This document shows positions 59,480-64,000 of a stretch of 64,000 nt of DNA, piece by piece. The stretch is from assembly GCA_900541915.1 (NCBI GenBank), contig UQLS01000003.1:104196-168195 (forward strand), read 5' to 3'. The stretch's first letter is position 1; each line of letters begins with the position of its first letter. This DNA is from an uncultured Phascolarctobacterium sp. GTDB taxonomy: Bacteria; Bacillota; Negativicutes; Acidaminococcales; Acidaminococcaceae. The translations under genes were made by a program, and so were the position numbers. The notes under the pieces were generated by a model, which saw only the letters and a program-made list of their open reading frames with translations, did no database searches and was not told where the DNA came from.

Positions 59480-60241
59480 ATGTCTGAATATCTAACCATT
59501 GGCGAACTGGCAAAGACTAATTCAGTTTCAGTAAAAGCACTACGTTATTATGAAAAAATAGGTATTTTAAAGCCTGCTTATATTAACCCTCATAACGGGT
59601 ATCGCTATTACACTCCTAAGCAGTCCTTAATTGTCAGTTTTATTATTACCTTTTTAGAACTGAATATACCGCTGAAAAATTTTAAAAATTATATTCACGA
59701 TGATACTCTAGATACAGATAAGCTGCTTTTTGACAGCTCTGCACTCTTAAACAAAGAATTACAAAGATTGCAGTTTATAAAAAATAAAATCACCAACATT
59801 TCCCGGCATATCCAGGAAAGCAGCGACTGTTTAAAACAAAGAAAATATCAAAAGCACTTTTCTCAGCGTTATTTTGTTATAACCCCTGCCAAGAATAATA
59901 TCTTATTTAACAAGGACTATATCCGCAAAATAAATGAATTATATAAGGATATAGAAGAAAAAAATCTCATTCCCTTATACCAAAACGGAATAATTTATAT
60001 GAAGGAAAATAACAAAATAACTTCTTATATTTTTGTGGAGGTAGAACAACCTCTGCAAAAATTTAATCATATAATCTCTATCCCGAAAGGATTATTTAGC
60101 TGTCAGACTTGTATCAATGATCCTGAAATATATCAGAATGAAATAAAATATACTGACTGTCAATACACGTTATTAGTAGAGCGCTGGATGCCCCAAGTAA
60201 ATTCAGAAAACATTTTTATTGAGATACAGCAATATAAATAA
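59480..60241 (+). CDS. MerR-family transcriptional regulator with a C-terminal effector-binding domain (BmrR-like)
   Basis: N-terminal HTH YLTIGELAKTNSVSVKALRYYEKIGIL. It is divergent from the MATE gene. Confidence 0.85.
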   Translation: MSEYLTIGELAKTNSVSVKALRYYEKIGILKPAYINPHNGYRYYTPKQSLIVSFIITFLELNIPLKNFKNYIHDDTLDTDKLLFDSSALLNKELQRLQFIKNKITNISRHIQESSDCLKQRKYQKHFSQRYFVITPAKNNILFNKDYIRKINELYKDIEEKNLIPLYQNGIIYMKENNKITSYIFVEVEQPLQKFNHIISIPKGLFSCQTCINDPEIYQNEIKYTDCQYTLLVERWMPQVNSENIFIEIQQYK

Positions 60242-60246
60242 AAAAG

Positions 60247-60278
60247 AAAAGCACCCTGCTATAAGCAGAGTGCTTTTT
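60247..60278. terminator. Bidirectional terminator
   Basis: GCACCCTGC-tataa-GCAGAGTGC stem with one mismatch, flanked by A- and T-runs. Confidence 0.7.
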
Positions 60279-60287
60279 TGCGTTAAA

Positions 60288-60518
60288 TTATTCGCAAGTG
60301 AACGGCAGCAAAGCAACGTTACGAGCACGTTTGATTGCTACGGTCAGTTGGCGTTGATGTTTAGCGCAGGTGCCGGAAATACGGCGCGGTAAAATTTTAC
60401 CACGTTCGGTAATATAGCGGCGCAGTTTTGCTACATCCTTGTAATCGATTTCTTCTACTTTATCAACACAGAAGCTGCAAACTTTTCTTCTGGGTCTTCT
60501 GCCTCTTTCGCGTTTCAT
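60288..60518 (-). CDS. rpsR: 30S ribosomal protein S18
   Basis: [16 protein letters not shown]...[22 protein letters not shown]. Confidence 0.95.
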   Translation of the reverse strand: MKRERGRRPRRKVCSFCVDKVEEIDYKDVAKLRRYITERGKILPRRISGTCAKHQRQLTVAIKRARNVALLPFTCE

Positions 60519-60535
60519 TACATAACCTCCCTTAA

Positions 60536-60955
60536 TTAGAATGGAATTTCTTCATCAAAGGGAACGGCTGAACCGAAGGATTCCATATCGCTCTTGTGAG
60601 CGCCATTATCTGCTGCAGCACTATGGCCTGCAAAATCACCCTTACGCTCAATAAATTCGAAGCTATTGGCAATAACTTCTGTTACCCAGCGTTTAGAGCC
60701 GTCTTTTGCATCATAACTGCGAATCTGCAGACGTCCTTCGACCAATGCTCGCTGTCCTTTGGTGAGACTGTTCCCGCATAATTCAGCCTGTTTACCCCAA
60801 ACAATAACGGGGATAAAGTCGGCTTCTCTTTGGCCTTCCTGATTGGCAAAAGGTCTATCAACCGCCAGTGTGAATTGGCAAACAACTTTGCCGGTCTGAG
60901 TGTAGCGTACCTCAGGATCACGTACTAAACGGCCCATAAGTATAATCTTATTCAT
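60536..60955 (-). CDS. ssb: Single-stranded DNA-binding protein
   Basis: OB fold starting [15 protein letters not shown]. Acidic tail DEEIPF. Confidence 0.95.
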   Translation of the reverse strand: MNKIILMGRLVRDPEVRYTQTGKVVCQFTLAVDRPFANQEGQREADFIPVIVWGKQAELCGNSLTKGQRALVEGRLQIRSYDAKDGSKRWVTEVIANSFEFIERKGDFAGHSAAADNGAHKSDMESFGSAVPFDEEIPF

Positions 60956-60958
60956 GGA

Positions 60959-61243
60959 TTATTCACCTTTTCTGATAATCATATGGCGCAGAACTTCGTC
61001 GGTAATTTTCATAACACGATCAAGTTCTTTTACAGCAGCGGGTTCAGCGCTGAAGGTTACGAGAACGTACAGACCTTCGTTCAGGTCTTGAATCTCATAA
61101 GCAAGGCGTTTTTTGCCCCAGCGATCGGTTTTTTCTACATTACCACCGTTTGCAGTGATGAGGTTTTCAAATTTAGCAATAACTGCTTCAAATGCTTCCT
61201 CTTCAACCGGTTTAACGATGTACATGACTTCGTATGCTTTCAC
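60959..61243 (-). CDS. rpsF: 30S ribosomal protein S6
   Basis: KAYEVMYIVKP N-terminus. GTG start at 61243, 7 nt after AGGAGG. Confidence 0.9.
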   Translation of the reverse strand: MKAYEVMYIVKPVEEEAFEAVIAKFENLITANGGNVEKTDRWGKKRLAYEIQDLNEGLYVLVTFSAEPAAVKELDRVMKITDEVLRHMIIRKGE

Positions 61244-61413
61244 GAAATCACCTCCTCCTTTGGACTTTGGCCCCCTCATGGGAGCAGGGGAAGTATATAT
61301 TACTATATACAAGCTTTATAATTATAGCATTAGTTTTACTGTAATGCAATAAGTCTATAAAAATTTTTTAGCTGCTGCGAAATATTTTTTAATAACTAAC
61401 GAATATTTCAGCC

Positions 61414-61448
61414 ATAAAAAATACTGCTGCCATTTAAGGCAGCAGTAC
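61414..61448 (-). terminator. Rho-independent terminator for ilvC
   Basis: TACTGCTGCC-atttaa-GGCAGCAGTA stem with the T-run on the minus strand. Confidence 0.8.
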
Positions 61449-61462
61449 TACTTTATTAAATA

Positions 61463-62458
61463 TTATTTTTTCTTCATCCAGCTCATCATACCGCGCAGCT
61501 GTGCACCAACCTGCTCGATAGGATGTTCTGCAGCTTTACGGCGCAATGCGTTAAACTGCGGACGATTAACCTGATTTTCCAAGAGCCATTTTTTAGCAAA
61601 AGTGCCATCCTGGATTTCTGCCAGTACTTGTTTCATTTCTGCTTTGGTAGCATCAGTAATAATTCTGCTGCCAGTCATATAATCGCCGTATTCAGCAGTA
61701 TCAGAAATGGAATGACGCATTTTAGCCATGCCGCCTTCATACATCAAATCTACAATAAGTTTCATTTCATGCATGCATTCAAAATAAGCGCTTTCCGGTT
61801 TGTAGCCTGCTTCAACCAGTGTTTCATATCCTGCAGTGATAAGAGCAGTAATACCGCCGCAAAGAACTGCCTGTTCACCAAACAAGTCTGTTTCAGTTTC
61901 TTCACGGAAAGTAGTATCAAGTACACCCGCACGGGTGCCACCAATGCCTTTAGCATAAGCCAGCGCAATATCATAAGCCTTTCCGGTAGCATCCTGATGT
62001 ACAGCTACCAGACAGGGTACGCCTGCACCTTCGGTAAATACGCGTCTTACCAGATGTCCAGGTCCTTTAGGCGCAACCATGAATACATCTACATCAGCAG
62101 ACGGCACGATTTGTCCGTAATGGATGTTGAAACCATGAGCAAAACCAAGTGCGCTGCCGGGTTTCAAATTAGGTGCAACGTCTTTTTTATAAACCGCGGC
62201 CTGTTTTTCATCAGGAATAAGCATCATAACTACGTCAGCAGCTTTAACAGCATCAGCAGCAGTCATAACTTTCAAACCATGACCTTCTGCTTTCGCCCAG
62301 GATTTAGAACCTTCATAAAGACCTACGACAACATCTACGCCGCTTTCTTTTAAATTTAATGCATGTGCATGGCCTTGAGAACCGTAACCGATAACTGCAA
62401 CAGTTTTACCTGCCAGCATTTCCATATTTGCGTCATTATCATAATATACTTTTACCAT
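61463..62458 (-). CDS. ilvC: Ketol-acid reductoisomerase
   Basis: [29 protein letters not shown] motif. 331 aa. Confidence 0.95.
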   Translation of the reverse strand: MVKVYYDNDANMEMLAGKTVAVIGYGSQGHAHALNLKESGVDVVVGLYEGSKSWAKAEGHGLKVMTAADAVKAADVVMMLIPDEKQAAVYKKDVAPNLKPGSALGFAHGFNIHYGQIVPSADVDVFMVAPKGPGHLVRRVFTEGAGVPCLVAVHQDATGKAYDIALAYAKGIGGTRAGVLDTTFREETETDLFGEQAVLCGGITALITAGYETLVEAGYKPESAYFECMHEMKLIVDLMYEGGMAKMRHSISDTAEYGDYMTGSRIITDATKAEMKQVLAEIQDGTFAKKWLLENQVNRPQFNALRRKAAEHPIEQVGAQLRGMMSWMKKK

Positions 62459-62536
62459 TTTTCTTCACTCCATTTTTCTAATAATATTATTTTTTCTATT
62501 TTTATTTAAAAATAAAATCCCTTATTTTATGACTGT

Positions 62537-64000
62537 CTATCTCTGTACCTTAACGAAATCATCAAGTACAGCTCCTGGCGCTACCATAGGCTCTACCAAA
62601 TCCTGCTGCATAATCACTGCTTCGATAACGCAGGGCATTTTTTTCTGCAAAGCTTCCTGCAAAGCAGCTTTAAATTCCTGTCTGGTAGTAACCCTCTTGC
62701 CACTGGCACCACAGGAAGCAGCAAAGCCTGAGAAGTCAAATTCTGTCAGCAGCGTTGAGGAATATCTGCCATTATAAAACAGCTGCTGCCACTGTCTTAC
62801 CATACCCAGACAGCTGTTATTGATAACTATGCTGATCAGCGGCAAGCCTTCACGACAGGCAGTAAATAATTCCAGTCCAGTCATTTTAAAGCCACCGTCA
62901 CCACAGATATGAATTACTCTTTTATCAGGACATGCAAGGGCTGCACCCATAGCTGCCGGCATGCCAAAACCCATAGTGCCGCAGCCGCCGGAAGTCAGAT
63001 GCTGACGCGGTTTATCTATTTTTAAATACTGCGCTGCCCACATCTGATTTTGTCCTACATCAGTAACAAATACCGTATCCTGACCTTTTAAAACCTCATT
63101 CATACATTCCATCAGCCAAGGAGCTGTCAGCTGCTCGCCAGAAAGTAATTTTCTTTCTTCCTGTGCATCCCATTCCCTGATCTGAGTAAACCATTCTGCA
63201 TGCTGCTTTTGTTCCACCAAGGGAAGCAATTGCTGCAGAACTGTTTTTATATCTCCTTCAAGGGGAATACCTGTCGCTACATTTTTATCCAGCTCTGACG
63301 GGTCTATGTCAAGCTGAATAATGGTCTTTTTGCCTACATATCTGCTGCGGTCACCGGTTACCCTGTCGCTGAATCTGCTGCCCGCTACTACTAACACATC
63401 TGCGTTAGCAACAGCCATATTAGCAGCGATATGTCCATGCATACCTGTCATTCCAAATGATCTGGAGTCAGAAGCAGGAAATACACCCAATCCCATCAAT
63501 GTACTAACCACCGGTAAGTCTGCTTTTGCTGCCAGCTCCATCAGCTCAACAGCAGCATCACTGTGTACTGCACCGCCGCCTACCAGTAATACGGGTTTGT
63601 GCGAAGCATTAAGTACCTTGGCGGCTTCAGCAACCTTATCTGTACAAGCAGCCTGTTTCTCAGGCTGTACTTCTTCCTCTTTCTCTACCCATTCCAGCTC
63701 TTCTACCTGCAGATTACTGGGAATGTCTACCAGTACAGGTCCCGGCCTGCCCTCACGGGCAATAGCGAAGGCTTTTCTTAATGCAGGCACCAGTTCTTCA
63801 CTGCGCCTTACCATCAGATTATATTTAGTAATCGGCATTGTAACACCGACAATATCAATTTCCTGAAAGGAATCACGTCCCAAATTGGCAACAGGAACCT
63901 GTCCCGTAATAGCCACTAAAGGAACTGAATCAAGATAAGCTGTTGCCAGTCCCGTAACTATATTGGTAGCACCAGGGCCTGAGGTAGCAATGCATACACC
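62537..64000 (-). CDS. ilvB: Acetolactate synthase large subunit (TPP-dependent); the 5' end lies beyond the window
   Basis: GVCIATSGPGATNIVTGLATAYLDSVPLVAITGQV continues in frame upstream of the ORF-track Met. TPP-binding GDGGF motif present. Confidence 0.9.
   Translation of the reverse strand, partial: GVCIATSGPGATNIVTGLATAYLDSVPLVAITGQVPVANLGRDSFQEIDIVGVTMPITKYNLMVRRSEELVPALRKAFAIAREGRPGPVLVDIPSNLQVEELEWVEKEEEVQPEKQAACTDKVAEAAKVLNASHKPVLLVGGGAVHSDAAVELMELAAKADLPVVSTLMGLGVFPASDSRSFGMTGMHGHIAANMAVANADVLVVAGSRFSDRVTGDRSRYVGKKTIIQLDIDPSELDKNVATGIPLEGDIKTVLQQLLPLVEQKQHAEWFTQIREWDAQEERKLLSGEQLTAPWLMECMNEVLKGQDTVFVTDVGQNQMWAAQYLKIDKPRQHLTSGGCGTMGFGMPAAMGAALACPDKRVIHICGDGGFKMTGLELFTACREGLPLISIVINNSCLGMVRQWQQLFYNGRYSSTLLTEFDFSGFAASCGASGKRVTTRQEFKAALQEALQKKMPCVIEAVIMQQDLVEPMVAPGAVLDDFVKVQR

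Overview
This 64-kb window looks like chromosome from a diderm Firmicute (Negativicutes-like) at roughly 45-50% GC, judged from a beta-barrel outer-membrane protein, a eukaryotic-ODC-like lysine/ornithine decarboxylase, a reverse rubrerythrin, HydE and many Firmicute housekeeping genes. It is mostly ordinary metabolism and housekeeping, supported by recognisable motifs in the translated ORFs: purC, metG, serS, ilvB and ilvC, rpsF-ssb-rpsR, the conserved yaaO-tmk-holB-yaaT-trmN6-rsmI-metG-tatD block, and a Lys-Glu-Val-Asp-Phe tRNA cluster. There are about 16 rho-independent terminators, many of them bidirectional, and several near-consensus sigma-70 promoters. No CRISPR array, rRNA, transposase or integrase gene was seen. 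Six items stand out. (1) A signal-peptide-bearing argininosuccinate-lyase-like protein is translationally coupled to a lipoprotein solute-binding protein. (2) A 483-bp perfect direct repeat flanks a 1.9-kb AT-rich insertion that carries one membrane-protein gene. (3) A periplasmic CbiK paralogue lies beside a cytoplasmic CbiK, behind a terminator-containing structured leader that is a candidate riboswitch. (4) A MATE efflux gene is frameshifted next to a divergent MerR regulator. (5) HydE is translationally coupled to a ClC channel. (6) A palindromic Fur/PerR-like box overlaps the rubrerythrin promoter. Several ORF-track starts were moved to downstream ATG, GTG or TTG codons that have clear Shine-Dalgarno sequences.
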